A model generated the notes under the pieces. The model saw nothing but the letters and a program-made list of their open reading frames with translations. It ran no database searches and was not told the DNA's origin. A stretch of 63,153 bases of DNA, the filler included, from Octopus bimaculoides (lineage: Eukaryota): assembly GCF_001194135.2 (NCBI RefSeq). It is 6 parts of 6 records of this genome, joined end to end, with 100 filler letters (N's around TTAATTAATTAA, not from the genome) between each part and the next. Parts side by side here need not be neighbours in the genome. Positions count along the whole stretch, not along the records: positions 13,686 to 41,564 come from NC_068981.1; 5 more parts are not named here. One strand, given 5' to 3'. Within the stretch, counting starts at the first letter, position 1. Each line of letters starts with the position of its first letter. Positions 24,480 to 37,635 of this stretch are shown in pieces. A program made the position numbers and the translations under genes.

Positions 24480-25749
24480 CTTAGATAAGGAGCAGAGGTA
24501 ATCGCATGGACAGTAGACGAACTAAACAGCTTAGACAGAAAGATAAGGAAGTTGCGAACAATACATGGGACACTCCCCCCAATATTTGACACATATAGAT
24601 TGTATATACCACCACCACCACCATCACCACCTTACATATGGCGCAGAGGTAATCGAATGGACAGTAGACGAACTAAACAGCTTAGACAGAAAGACAAGGA
24701 AGTTGCTAACTAGATATGGGACACTCCTCCCAAAAAACTGATTCAGACAGATTGTATGTACCAAGAAAAAGAGGAGGAAGTGGACTTATTGGATGCGAAC
24801 ACAGCATTAGAGCAGAAGAAAACAACATATCATGGTATGCAAAAAATGTCAAAGAACTTCTATTATTAGAAGTAAGAAGGTCAGGCTTGTGTAGGATGAA
24901 AGACTGCAAAGTTAAAGCATTGTACAATCAATTGAAAACGAATGAAACTGAAAATAGGTGGGTAAAGAAAAGAATGCCTGGACAATTTCATAGGGATGTT
25001 GAAGATAAGATAGACAGAGAAAAAGATGGCTGCAGATGACTAAAAGTGATTTAAAACCTGAAAAGGAGGCTCTAATCTGTGCTGCCCAAAAGCAAGCACT
25101 AAGAACAAACTAAGACAACAAATCAGAAAGTGATAAGTGCAGAATCTGTGGACAAAATGGTGAAACCGTATGGCATATTACCAGTCAATGTACGCCACTA
25201 GCCCAGAAGGAATATAAGAGACGCCACGACAATATAGCAAGGCTTGTCCATTGGACACTTTGCAATAAGTATAGACTTGACAGAGAAAAAAATTGGTAGG
25301 ACCATAAACCCGAACGCATCATCGAAAATGATAATTCAAGGATCCTGTGGGATTTTATGATTCAGTGCGACTATGAGATAGAGAATAGAAAGCAAGATAT
25401 AGACTTAATTGAGAATCAAAGCAAACTATACTGACAATAAGGTATGCGATAAAGAAGAAAAAAATTCGATAGACTATGACAGGTTAGTTTGGGAGGTAAA
25501 GCAGATGTAGTCGATGAAAAAGTGGTACCAATAATTGTTGGAGCCCTGGGAACAGTGAGTAAAAACTTTGAGAAGTAAATGGAACAAATAGGGACTGCAC
25601 TTGCAGAAAACAGCACTTCTTGGAACCGCACGAATAATCCTGAAGGTGCTCGAAAAATAGGAGGTGTTACCTTAGTTCACAGGTAGTGAACAGCTGACAC
25701 CGTAGTACATCTCCAGCGTTAGAATCTATGCAAAGGCAATAATGATAAT
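24480..25749 (+). mobile_element. R4/Dong-like (REL-endonuclease) non-LTR retrotransposon, 5'-truncated and degraded
   Basis: Motifs DRLYVPRKRGG.GL, CCHC knuckle CRICGQNGETVWHITSQC, KRRHDNIAR, ILWDFMIQCD, VVPIIVGALGTV and LGTARII; aataatgataat tail at 25738-25749. Confidence 0.85.
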
Positions 25750-26135
25750 TGTTATAACAAGCATGATAGAGCAGCACAATATATTCACTGGGTAATTTGC
25801 AAAAACCTGGACCCGCTCCATGATATAAAACTGGTGGGAACACATAACACCTCCAGTGCTTGAAAATGATCACATCTCACTCCTCTGGAACTTCACCGTT
25901 CAAACTGACAGAAGATAGATACGAATATGTCAGACATTATACTGAAAGTCTTTAGACGAAAATCATGCCTCCTCATTGATATGACCGTGCCAATCGACAT
26001 AAATGTATCTGTGAAGACTTATCAAAAACTGAGCAACTCTAAGGATCTTGAAGCAGAAATTGGCAAAATGTGGAACGTCAAGACTAAAACAATACCTGTT
26101 GTCATAGGTGCCCTAGGAATGATAAGAAAATGGAC
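25750..26135 (+). mobile_element. Second R4/Dong-like LINE fragment (REL domain), different subfamily
   Basis: Motifs KHDRAAQYIHWVICK, LLWNFTVQTDR, LLIDMTVPID.NVSVK, KDLEAEIGKMWNVKTKTIPVVIGALGMI. Confidence 0.8.
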
Positions 26136-28750
26136 CCCACCTGCAAGGTCATACGCTGTTTATATTGATATGAGATCACTATATCGTACACATGGTTGTG
26201 ATGCCTTTTTCTGGTGTACCCTTACCTGACGGGAGTTTATGATGTGTACGTTGAGCTTCGTATACTTACAATCCAGTGTCACTTTGATGGCATACAGTAA
26301 GTGGATAGTTTATATCCAAATTAGGTGAAACGTAGAAAGTGAAATTTTGAAAGTTCGCATCATATGCAACATTTTATAATGTCCCTAGCATAGGGTGATT
26401 ATATAGAAACCTCCCTGATCTAGGCTTACTCTGACTTCCCTCTTGTTGCAACAAATTCTACAGAATTGGAAATATCTGATTATATATTCCGAGGGAATAT
26501 TTTTATGCCTGCATAATTGCGAAAATATAAAGCAAAGTATCCACATGTTTGCGTTTGTGTGTATGTGTCTATGTGTGAGTGTGTGTGTGCGCGCGCATGC
26601 ATGTATGCATAGAATTCCACAGGTAAACCATATTTTTCATAGCGGGCTTTCATCACCTGCATGCAATTCTTTACAGGTATCGAGATTATAACAAAAGTCT
26701 TGCCAGCAGTAATCTGTGGAGAGCTGGAGGAGTTCTGACGAGTTAAGTTTTGTAAAGGCTTGGTGCTGCTTCTGTTGCCTGATATGAGCGATGCGTTAAT
26801 ATCCTTATTCTACGTATTGAATAGGCAACTCGAAAATCGTCGAAGTAGTAACGAGTGGGGAAGATGCTATTATACGAGATGCAAAATTGTTCACGATTAT
26901 ATAAATATAATCAAAATAACGTGTGTTTTTTAAGCATCTAAATGTGTGTTGTCAAATACAAATAAGATGATTATTTATTTTCGAACGCAGAAACGCCGTT
27001 AGAGCTGCAGAAATATTAGGTAAATTACCCTTATAAAGCGGAAAAAAATTGTCAACAAACAGCCATGTGACTCGACTACTCATCGCTTGAAGTCTCCGGC
27101 CAAGTGTTTTATCATTAAGCTAAACGACCCGCTGATAAATTAACCTGTTTTACAAAGCGGGAAAATTTGACATAAAACAGCCATGGGAATCGAACATGGG
27201 AATCTCTCTTGCAAGAGACAGCTAAATAGCTGTTCAGCAAATGGGTTCGTGTGTACATATTTGCAGCATATGATCAAGCTTGAGCGGTTCTGTAGACACA
27301 CTCTCAACCAGGACAAATTCTAATTGTTAAAATTCTTTTTTGGAGAGAGACTAGTGGTAAGAAGGGTAAATTCTGTGCAGAGATGCATAAGCTACTTTTC
27401 AAAGGAAATTAGAGCGTAGGTGGCTAAGTGTCGGGTGTGAAATATGATAAATGGGAGATTTGTGTATTGGCAGGCAATAGGATGTGTTGATGTGAGCTAG
27501 TGAGAAGTGGTACGTGATTTGAAGGCAGGATGAAAATTTGCGAAATTTACGTAACGGACGGTAAAATTCTTCAGTTAGGATATACTGTTATTTCAATATA
27601 CTTACAAGGTTTAATATGTTGTTTATGTTTCATTGTGTGGGCTGGGGAAGAGAGAACTGTGAGTCATAGATTGCTGCTAAACACTACTTCCATACTTTCA
27701 AGCAGTCCAGCAACAATGCAATAGCCATGTATGGACCTCTAGGAACGATGTGATTATTAAGACAACTAGTCATGAACTAGATACTGAGAAGAAACGAGTT
27801 CATCAGTCAGATTCCCGGGCAAGACTTAAGTATCTACGATCTTATACACATTATGGTAGTGGGACATTGGCAATAAACTATCCTTTTCACGGCGACAGGA
27901 GAAATAAAAGCACGCTTAGAAGCAATTATTCAAGAGGATGTTCTAACATTTTATTAGAGTCGTAACCCAAATGTTTGCAACCGAATAAATTGTACTAAAG
28001 CCCACCAAGGGTTACGTGGCAATGTAAAACCTGACCTAATTTTAGGCTTATCAACCTCAACTCCTATTATACAGAAAGGGCTTTACAATGTTTCATCATA
28101 GCAGTGGGATATTTCAATGAATTGAGCTGCACCTGCTTTCTTCAAGTCGTATTTTTAAATATTATCGCTTCTACTTCTACAGCTGTTTTAGGAATAGTGA
28201 TTTCATTAGCAGAAACATTATCAGTATTTTACTTACTCTGGTTTGTACGCTCAAATTGATTGAGTAGTTCTATGAGCAAGAACATCCAACCGCTTTTACG
28301 AATGTTTTGGGCTATAATTCTTTTCTGTATTTAAGACGACAGCTTTTGAATTCAGAGTGTTCTGGCTGATATTTCTAGCAAATCTGGCGACCAAGTTGGA
28401 TCGTTGCTTTTGATATTCTTACTCCTGCAGTCGCTGCTGAAATCTGTATTCATACTAGTACTATGTTGCAATCGTGGTTGCAGTTTTTGTCACTGACAAC
28501 GCTGAGGCTATCGATTTTTTGCAGCGTTACCGGCGATGTCGTTTTTCTCATCCACACAAAGAGATAACACATCACTTCATCTCCTCCCATTGCTCCAACG
28601 ACTATCTTCAACCACTGGCTCACTGTTGAAGCTAATCCGGTTTGTAATCGTTGTTTAGCCTCGGATCCACGCAGATTGAGATATAGTATATCTAAGATAT
28701 AATGTATCCAACATTCGCTTTCATTTCTTTAACGTTGTAGAGTATGATTT

Positions 28751-28810
28751 CAGACAGTTTTGGCTCATATCAGACAATGTTGGCTTATATCAGACAGTAT
28801 TGGCTTATAT
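28751..28810. repeat. 20-bp tandem repeat x3 (cagacagtattggcttatat-like)
   Basis: Directly visible. Confidence 0.9.
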
Positions 28811-28829
28811 CTTTAGCTCGACCTAAGCG

Positions 28830-29985
28830 TATGAGGGGAGGTTGAAAATTTCATAGGCTGACCAAGATACTATCATGAAATGCGGCCAAATGAGGTTTAT
28901 TTTTCAATGTAGTCTCCTTCCATCAGTTGGAAGCTTGCTTCCCAAACACATGTTTCCGGATTCAGCCCCACTGCGTGATACCTAAGGCAAGTGGCTTCTA
29001 CTATAGCTTCGGGCCGACCAAAGCTTTGTGAGTAGATTTGGTGGGCGGAAACTGAAAGAAGCCCGTCGTANNNNNNNNNNNNNNNNNNNNNNNNGTGTGT
29101 GTGTTTGTTATTTGTGTCTGTGTTTGTCCCCGCCCCACCATCGCTTGACAACCGCTGTTGGTGTATTTACGTCAACGTCACCTAGCGGTTCGGCAAAAGT
29201 GACCGATAGAATAAATACTAGGCTTACAAAGAATAAGTACTGGGGCCGATGTATTCGACTAAATGTGGTGCTCCAGCATGGCCATAGTCAAATGACTGAA
29301 ACAAGTAAAAGAATAACAGCAGATAAGACGTCATTATCACTGCGATACAAATTCCCAGCCAAATGTTTTTCATGCTGAGGAACAGATGATAGCCAGATGG
29401 GGTCAGATTAGGTTAAGTGTTCAAAGCCAAAACTCACGCACACCTGTCGTTGTAAATAAGTATTTGGGTGTTAGAGCATTGTCCTGATGAAACAAGTCTC
29501 TTTTCATCAGTTTTCCTGGGCATTTAGTCCTGATTTGTATCCCAAAAATCTGAGGCCAACATATTCCCTACAAATGTAATGTCCTTAGCCTTCTTTGAAG
29601 CAAGCAAGGAGAAGAGTTACCACGGCAGATCTTTGGTCATCTTCAAGATCTTCCCTTCCCCTCCTAAATCCAGCCGCCCAATTTTGCACTGTTGATAAAG
29701 CTGTTGCGCTATCCTCCAATTTAGAAATCATGTCAGCATGAATGCCCTGTGGGGCTAAAGCTTTTTTCTGTAGGCACTTAATAACACCACAATGCCAAAT
29801 TTTGTCCGTTTTGAAGAGAAGTCTCTACTATTTAAAGTCTTCATTTATCAGTCAGATTTCTGTTTACCGCGGCAGATACAATGTAGTTATTAATAAGAAG
29901 TGCTGAAATAAATTCATGCAAGATTTCACCACTTTACCCCCACTCCTTCATAGTCAGCCTATGAAGTTTTCAGCCCACCTTCGTA
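28830..29985 (-). mobile_element. Internally deleted mariner element with both TIRs and a nested SINE
   Basis: TIRs tatgaggggaggttgaaaatttcataggctgac and gtcagcctatgaagttttcagcccaccttcgta. Minus-strand remnants LAPQGIHADMISKLEDSATALSTVQNWAAGFRRGREDLEDDQRS (mariner HTH region) and LFHQDNA (second catalytic D motif). Confidence 0.8.
28915..29315 (+). mobile_element. Major SINE nested inside the mariner element
   Basis: Family head, body and tail present; small gap at the internal microsatellite. Confidence 0.85.
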
Positions 29986-30640
29986 TTTGATTGATGACAT
30001 AAATGACGCACAAATATATCGGATAAACCCGAATTTCAACTGCAGATATTCAGGAAAAATTACCTATTGAGAAGTGGGGGGGGGGGCGCAACTTTCCATA
30101 GGGCAACGCTTTGGGTGCCAACTTAAAATACGTTATTCATGCGGAAATGTTGTTCATTCACTTTAATTCCATCTTTCTTGTGGGTTTCCCATCTCAAAAG
30201 AGAAACTTTAGTCAGTCACGGACATATAATTAAGATAAAAGAACTGAAATTTTAAATCATAATTTTCTTGCCAGTGAGATACTCTTAAGTCTCAAGAGCT
30301 CAAAAGTGGCTTCTTTTCATGAAACTGTAGAATAATAAGATAAAAATAAGAATTATTATTTTTCAATTTTCACCACACGCACAATTTCTTTGCATTTGTT
30401 TTGATACTTTTAAAAGTAAATTTACTTGACTGTCTTCTTATGAAAGATTTGGCATCTTTTCATTTCTATCAAATATCAGGATACTACTTATTTCCTCATA
30501 ATAACAAAACAAAAATGGTCTATATATATATGTATGTGTGTGCGTATGTGTGTGTGTGTATGTGTGTGTGTGTGTGTGTGTGTGCATACGCAGCGCATTC
30601 ATACGTATATATTTGTGTGTATGCATGTATATGTGTGTGC

Positions 30641-30690
<50 letters not shown>

Positions 30691-31554
30691 TGTGACGGTT
30701 ATATTTGATGGAAGCCCTTTGAGTTGTTTTTTCTGGTCAGAATACATAATGAATACCTATATTTTTATCTTCTTTAAATTTTGTGTTGTAGGATAGTTGT
30801 GCTAGAGGTTGGACCAGGTTTCATTCAAAAGACAGGTGAAGCCGGTTTCGTTCCCAAGAAAATTGAAAGCTCTTTTCTCAATTCAAAATTTCATGGCGCA
30901 ACGCATTAAAATATGTTCTATTCTATTAATGGAGAAAGTGTGATATGTATTTTTTAAAGGTTCTTTTCAACCAACATATTGCATCCTATGTATATAAGTT
31001 CTCCCCAGATGAAAACCATACCTTCGTAAATAAAGCAGAGTGGCAGTTAGCTTCTGTTGATACAAGGCTAGATGCATGGTTCATAAGAAAGTTATAAAGG
31101 AATTTCTCGCAATACACGTCATCTGATGCTTTGTGGTAGAGACTGTGCTTGGATTAATGTTGCTTGGAACACGCCAATTTGAATAAATAGACTTTCCACA
31201 CATATCAGCTAAGCATAATAATGTTGTCAATAAACCGACTCCACGAGCTCCTATTTCCTAAAATGGAGTCACTTGATATAAAGACCTCTGTAGCAATAAT
31301 TCTAGCAGGTCAGCATTATCCAATCCTCTAATTATCATTGCTGCTTATATTTAATCTCTAACATTATTAGCTACGCATTGTCAGTATTAGTAAATCATTG
31401 AACGACACAATAATTACTGCAAAATCTCACGTAAAAATTTATATATAATGACACACAACAATTATTCTTCGTATCTCTTCCTTGTTTGTATTTCGTAATG
31501 GAAAATTTGTAATTTTCCAGTGCGTTTCTTTTTTTTTTTTTCTGTTTTCATAAG

Positions 31555-31577
31555 CGTCAGTATCGTCGTCGTCATCG

Positions 31578-31609
<32 letters not shown>

Positions 31610-31811
31610 GCCATCAAATTCATCACCATTATTTTCATAACCATCAGCATCATCCCTATCATCACCATCATCATCTCTATCAACAGCAGCACCTTCATCA
31701 ACATCGCTATCTTCATCATTACCCTCCTCCTCCTCCTCCTCCTCCTCCTCATCATCATCATCATCATCATCATCACCACCACTCTCATCGCCTCTACTAT
31801 TAGCAGCAGTA

Positions 31812-31872
<61 letters not shown>

Positions 31873-31895
31873 GTTGTTGTTGTTGTTGTTGTTGA

Positions 31896-31952
<57 letters not shown>

Positions 31953-31990
31953 TGTTGCTGTTGCTGTTATGGTGTTGTTGTGGTTGTGGT
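31555..31990. repeat. Compound trinucleotide microsatellite (ATC/CCT/TTA/TTG)
   Basis: Directly visible; generates the poly-I/L/M ORFs. Confidence 0.95.
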
Positions 31991-32616
31991 TGCTGTAAGC
32001 GTATCCATTCAACATCTGCACACTATATGTACCGAACTAGTCTATGATACATTTGTTACACGATATCATTGTTTCATATAATCATCGTAAAAACAAACAT
32101 TCCTTAAGTAGTTTTTTTTCTTTTGGAAACGACAGAAAGAAATCTCAAGTCGTAAAAAGCAGAGTATATAAGATGTTTATTGGTCGATAATACGACAGGA
32201 GTTGCACAGGAATCTACAAATATGCAGTAATATACTTTTTAATTGAGTTTATATATTCCAGATGTATGTCAGCCTTCAAATTTATTCACTGAAATCATGT
32301 TATATCAACAATAAATTTGTAATATTCTGACGATTGCTAAGAGCAAACAATAAATTTATCTCCAAAATATTTGTCACAGCTTAATAAGTGCTTTGGTAAG
32401 AAACCTTAGTTTTGTGAGTAACATTTTCACTTACCCTGCTATGAAAAGTGTAAACCATACTTTACACTTTGATCTCTGATACTTCGCTTTGTAGTGACAT
32501 ACCTACAAATCTACCTAAATAACTAACTACCTACCCAGCACCATATATACATACAAACACACACACACACATACACACATAAACACACACACACACACAC
32601 ACACACACGCACGCAC

Positions 32617-32702
<86 letters not shown>

Positions 32703-33728
32703 GGATCAAAATAGTTTGATTCAAAGTCGCTGGGACTCCGAGTTTCAAGTTTGATGCTAGTGTTCAACCATTTTGTATTTGAAGGATAATATTTGACTGT
32801 TATTAACGCAAGGTGGACTGCGATCGATCAAGGAAGGTCACATAGTGTCGTGGTTTGATGTTGGTATATCGGTATACTGCATGGTGAACAGGAAATCGAC
32901 CACGTTGTAGGCAGGAAATCGGTCGGGTTGTTGGAGGAGAAGTATGAAGAGGCGATATGTGCAAGTATCTAGTTGTGGGTCTGTAGACGCGCTCAAATGT
33001 TTTTGCGTGCACATCTGTACTGTTGCGAGCGTGGGAATCTGTACATGGGCACGCACGCCCCAACCCCAGAAAAATTGGTATGATGTTATAGTCTCCTCAA
33101 CGGACGACTGAGAAGAAAATGGATCTATATACATAAATACAGAGACATGCATACACACCTACATGAACACTCACACATACACACATTTACACATATGCAT
33201 GTATGTATGTGAGCATGTTTCCTCAGTAGAATCCAAAACGATCACTAGGGTCCATTCATGAAGCCAAGAAGACAGCCCTGCTGTTTACGGATATTTGAAT
33301 TCAATGTGTGCGCTCGCGCGTGTATGTGTGTGGAATTTATATTCATGTGTGATTCTGTGGATGTGTTTACCTAGGAACCTCAGATGTATGCACGAACATG
33401 TCTGTATGTGTATTTCTATGTAGCATGTATGTGATCGTATGAGCGCAATCTTTACAATCAAGCCATATGCTAACATATTTCTATAATGCATATTAATTAT
33501 TGCTTCCCTGATAGAAAGAGAGGCATATGTGTTGGTAACTGAAGTGTCAAACGCGTGACATGATCTCAATTTTTCAGTTTTCCAATTTTAAATTAAGCTT
33601 TAATGGTTGAGAAGTTGCGTTATATGTTTGCCATTTAGTGTGAATAATTAAAGCAGCTCAAAGTAGTTTTCTTTAAAATTCATCAGCACTAATTCACAAA
33701 TGGGCCAGTAAATGGATGATGGCCGAGT

Positions 33729-33742
33729 TATTATCATTATTA

Positions 33743-33801
<59 letters not shown>

Positions 33802-34700
33802 TACTTTTAATCTATATGTTTGTTAGAATCACTCTCCGAGACACACTCAGGTTCCTAGGGCGAGTGAAAGATAAGAGATGTTAGAAGCTTCCTCTTCCCA
33901 AGCTTTCAGTATGACTGAAAGCTTGGGGAGAAGAAGTAGAAGGGACAGTAGCGAAATATCTTCATGCAATACAACACATGTATATAAATTGATAGGGTTT
34001 TGTAAGGATGTGCGCAGTACTTGTTAACACAATCTTTTGAATTTCTCTGAGACATGGTCCTCCTGGGATCTTATATATAGATGTTTCTGACATCTCCTTA
34101 TTATCATACAGAGGGCACCTACAATAACAGGAACAGTTCTCGCTTTAAGATGTCACATCTTTTGTATTTCAATTTTCAGGTGTTTATATTTACTTAATTT
34201 ATCAAATTCCTTTACAGATATATTTTTTATCAGTGTAAACATTTACATCTATTAGTCTACAAGTATCTTCTCAATCTTTAATGATTATGTCTGGTCGATT
34301 AGCCTGGATCGTTCTGTCGGTGTTGACGGGAAAATCTCAGAAGACAATGACATTTTTAACCTGTCAGGATGATGTTCATAGTGGGTTTTTTTTGCAGTCT
34401 GTTTGATCCGTTTTGCTTTTTTCATGGCAGTGGTTTCAGATTCTTCCTCTAATTCAGGGTTAATGTCAAGTTCCCTTGCCAATTTGCAAGTTCCCTTGCC
34501 AATTTGCAAGTTTCCTTGACGATGGGATGTGATTTGTAATTGCTTACGTGTTTACACAGAAGTCGCAGCATCCAGTCCTCTGTACGATATAAGTACTTGT
34601 TTCTAGAGGTGATTATTCAAACCTCAAAGAATCCCTATCAACACATAGCTATGATGCTTCCCCACTATTTCTGTTCGTGATCTGAGACGCATATACCGTC
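33729..34700 (-). mobile_element. R4/Dong-like LINE remnant with (TAA)n tail and internal deletion
   Basis: Minus strand gives EDWMLRLLCKH..KETCKLARELD..AKRIKQTAKK (post-RT region) and KARTVPVIVGALCMI..IPGGPCLREIQKIVLTSTAHIL (C-terminus), then a 3' UTR and (TAA)n at 33729-33800. A 20-bp tandem duplication at 34467-34506 shifts the frame. Confidence 0.7.
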
Positions 34701-34868
34701 AGCTACAATGCGACATGCTCAACTAGTAACGGTTAAACAAGTGGCGTAGCCTATCTTTTATACCAAGACAAAACAATGTACATGATAACACTACTAATCA
34801 GTTCAGATAATAAGCCACGTGGGCTGCTGCTAGGTACTGCATCAGGGCATTTATTATTATTATTATGG

Positions 34869-34916
<48 letters not shown>

Positions 34917-36471
34917 TTGTTGCTGTTATATAGCCAGGATAAGTGGACTGAATGTATTATACAGATCTTTCATATATTTCTCATGCATACCTTTGAAATT
35001 TGTTAGATTATTGCTCCTAGATATGCTTGCTCTTTGTGCTAAGCGTGCTCGTACGTTAAACTGAAAGCAATCTACAGGTTCATCACACAGAAGATTGTTT
35101 TGGGGCAATAGCTGACTTAGTAGAAGAGATTATTCTCAAATATCAGAATATTTCAATTGCAACGCAATATATCTATATATATGCATGTATGCATGTACAT
35201 GTGTGTGTGAAGTGCGTTTTCATTGCATTAACTTAATTGATATCCTACTTAAGTTTCAGGCTTAACGTTCATGCGGCGGCTAGATAAAACTCAACGATAT
35301 TTTTAACGCGTTGGAAAAAAGATTAAGAAATTAAAATGACTTAGTACCATCAGGGAATCAAACACATTTGATATAACAGCTTAACTGGTATCTCTTTCTT
35401 TTATGCCACCTTGCAAATGTATATATCATGTATTTTATGATACAAATCCACATTCTCAAAATAAATTTAAAATATAAATCAGAGAGTTTTCATTTTTGTA
35501 TTTATCATTTTACTAGATAGAAATGGTTACTGATGTAATCATTTTTCTAAGTATTTGTTTATGTATGGGATATTAGTTACAGCATAGACTAAGAAACGAC
35601 TTCACGATAACACTACAATCCTCTTCCGCTCCCTACTTAAAGCTACGTTTATTCTCTTCTGTCATCAGCGACCTCGAAAAAGTAGGAACATCAATCATGT
35701 CGCTTTCACTTCTGTAAAAATAAAGGGTTCGGACTTACTCAAAATTACTCCAGAGAAATCAATATATCATTTCCAGAGTATTTTTGTTAGGTTTGTTTTA
35801 ATACAACTTAATAAATATTTTCCAGACGTAAAAGCATGAAAGTGATCTTAAGTGATGCTTACATCATAAAATGAAGAAATAAACTTATATTTCAAGATGA
35901 GTCAACACCCTAAAGCGATGAATAGTCTATTTAGCATGACAGAGTAAAATGAATTTCTTATTTTCTTTGCTCTTTATTAACATGCGTCTAATGATTATCA
36001 TATTTCTTCTGCTTGTATCACGTGCTACATGTCTCGTTCTAAATAAATACCCAAATACATTCTTGTCGTCCTAATCTTCATGAAATCAATCTCTCTTTTT
36101 GAGATCTGGCAGTGTTTTATTTAGATACTGTTCTATTTTTTAAAATTTTAATAGGACGTAGGCATGAATTTCCGGCGAAAATATTGGAGTTTGTGATAGA
36201 AAGTAGAGTAGAGGATAACGAAGACATAGTGTAGTCGTTGCGACTGTAAATTGTAAATATTGACACGTGTATGCATGTATGTATGTATGTATGTATGTAT
36301 GTATGTATGTATGTATGTATGTATGTATGTACACGTATAAATAAATGTGTGTGTGTTGTATGTGTGTGTTTTTAACCCTGATTGAATATAGACTTCGAAT
36401 GCAGCATTGGAAGTGGACGCTATTAGGTACAAGTAACAGATGATTATGATTAGAGTGCACATATCGATTTG

Positions 36472-36710
36472 TGGAGGAGCGTGGCTTAGTGGTTAGGGAG
36501 TCAGCATCATGATCGTAAGATTGTGGTTTCGATTCCTGGACCGGGCGACGCGGTGTGTTCTTGAACACTTCATTTCAAGTTCCTCCAGTCCACTCAGCTG
36601 GCAAAAATGAGTAACGCTGCGATGGACTGGCGTCCAAAACCGGGTAACCAGGCCCATGAGCCTGGCTAGGCCCCTTGAAAGGGCGCAAAAAAGCAAAACA
36701 AAACACATGT
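36472..36710 (+). mobile_element. tRNA-derived SINE, third family
   Basis: gcgtggcttagtggttaggg (A box) ... ggtttcgattcctgg (B box) followed by gtccactcagctggcaaaaatgagta. Confidence 0.8.
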
Positions 36711-37356
36711 TGATTCCTTTAATGAACTGAGACAATATAATTCAGACCGTGTGATCTTATCTGTTAATTTATTATCGATTCTATTTAAACTCAATATAAT
36801 TAAAACCCATTAGCTGTGACTTCGAATCTGCATTACTTTTCGTAACTTCCAGTGTCAGTGCGTTTTTGTCCGTTACTGAGGCTTGTGAAAAGTGATCAAC
36901 CTCAAAATGTCTCTGTCTAGTATGTTCTTTCAAGACTCTAGTTATCTTTTTATTTTGTTTATTTTAAATCNNNNNNNNNNNNNNNNNNNNNNNNNNNNNN
37001 NNNNNNNNNNNNNNNNNNNNNNNNNNNNNNNNNNNNNNNNNNNNNNNNNNNNNNNNNNNNNNNNNNNNNNNNNNNNNNNNNNNNNNNNNNNNNNNNNNNN
37101 NNNNNNNNNNNNNNNNNNNNNNNNNNNNNNNNNNNNNNNNNNNNNNNNNNNNNNNNNNNNNNNNNNNNNNNNNNNNNNNNNNNNNNNNNNNNNNNNNNNN
37201 NNNNNNNNNNNNNNNNNNNNNNNNNNNNNNNNNNNNNNNNNNNNNNNNNNNNNNNNNNNNNNNNNNNNNNNNNNNNNNNNNNNNNNNNNNNNNNNNNNNN
37301 NNNNNNNNNNNNNNNNNNNNNNNNNNNNNNNNNNNNNNNNNNNNNNNNNNNNNNNN

Positions 37357-37357
<1 letters not shown>

Positions 37358-37409
<52 letters not shown>

Positions 37410-37635
37410 GTATATGTGTGTGCCTTTCTGTCTGTGTTTGTCCCCTCCCTATCACCGCTTGACAACTAGTGTTGGTGTGTTTACGTCCCCGTGACCTATC
37501 GTTTCGGCAAAAGGAACCACTATAATAAGTACCATGCCTAAAATTAAGTACTTGGGTTGATTCATTCGACTACAAATTTATTGTACTGCTCCAGCATGGC
37601 CGCAGTCTAATGACTGAAACAATTAAAAGATAAAT
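37358..37635 (+). mobile_element. Major SINE 3' half, starting at its internal (TA)n beside a gap
   Basis: Family body and tail (gctccagcatggccgcagtctaatgactgaaac). Confidence 0.8.

Noticed and set aside
27600-28700. Possible very old LINE RT remnant (PKTAVEVEAII..LKKAG-like on the minus strand)
   Set aside because: Too degraded to assign strand or family by eye.
29487-29512. ctgatgaaa...tttcatcag mini inverted repeat
   Set aside because: No hammerhead topology; it overlaps the mariner HQDNA coding remnant.
31462-32047. Long hydrophobic poly-I/L ORF resembling a membrane protein (also 42946-43597)
   Set aside because: Pure trinucleotide-repeat translation with no splice or start context.
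36472-36560. tRNA-like heads (several in the window)
   Set aside because: They lack a complete cloverleaf and continue into SINE bodies, so they are SINEs rather than tRNA genes.
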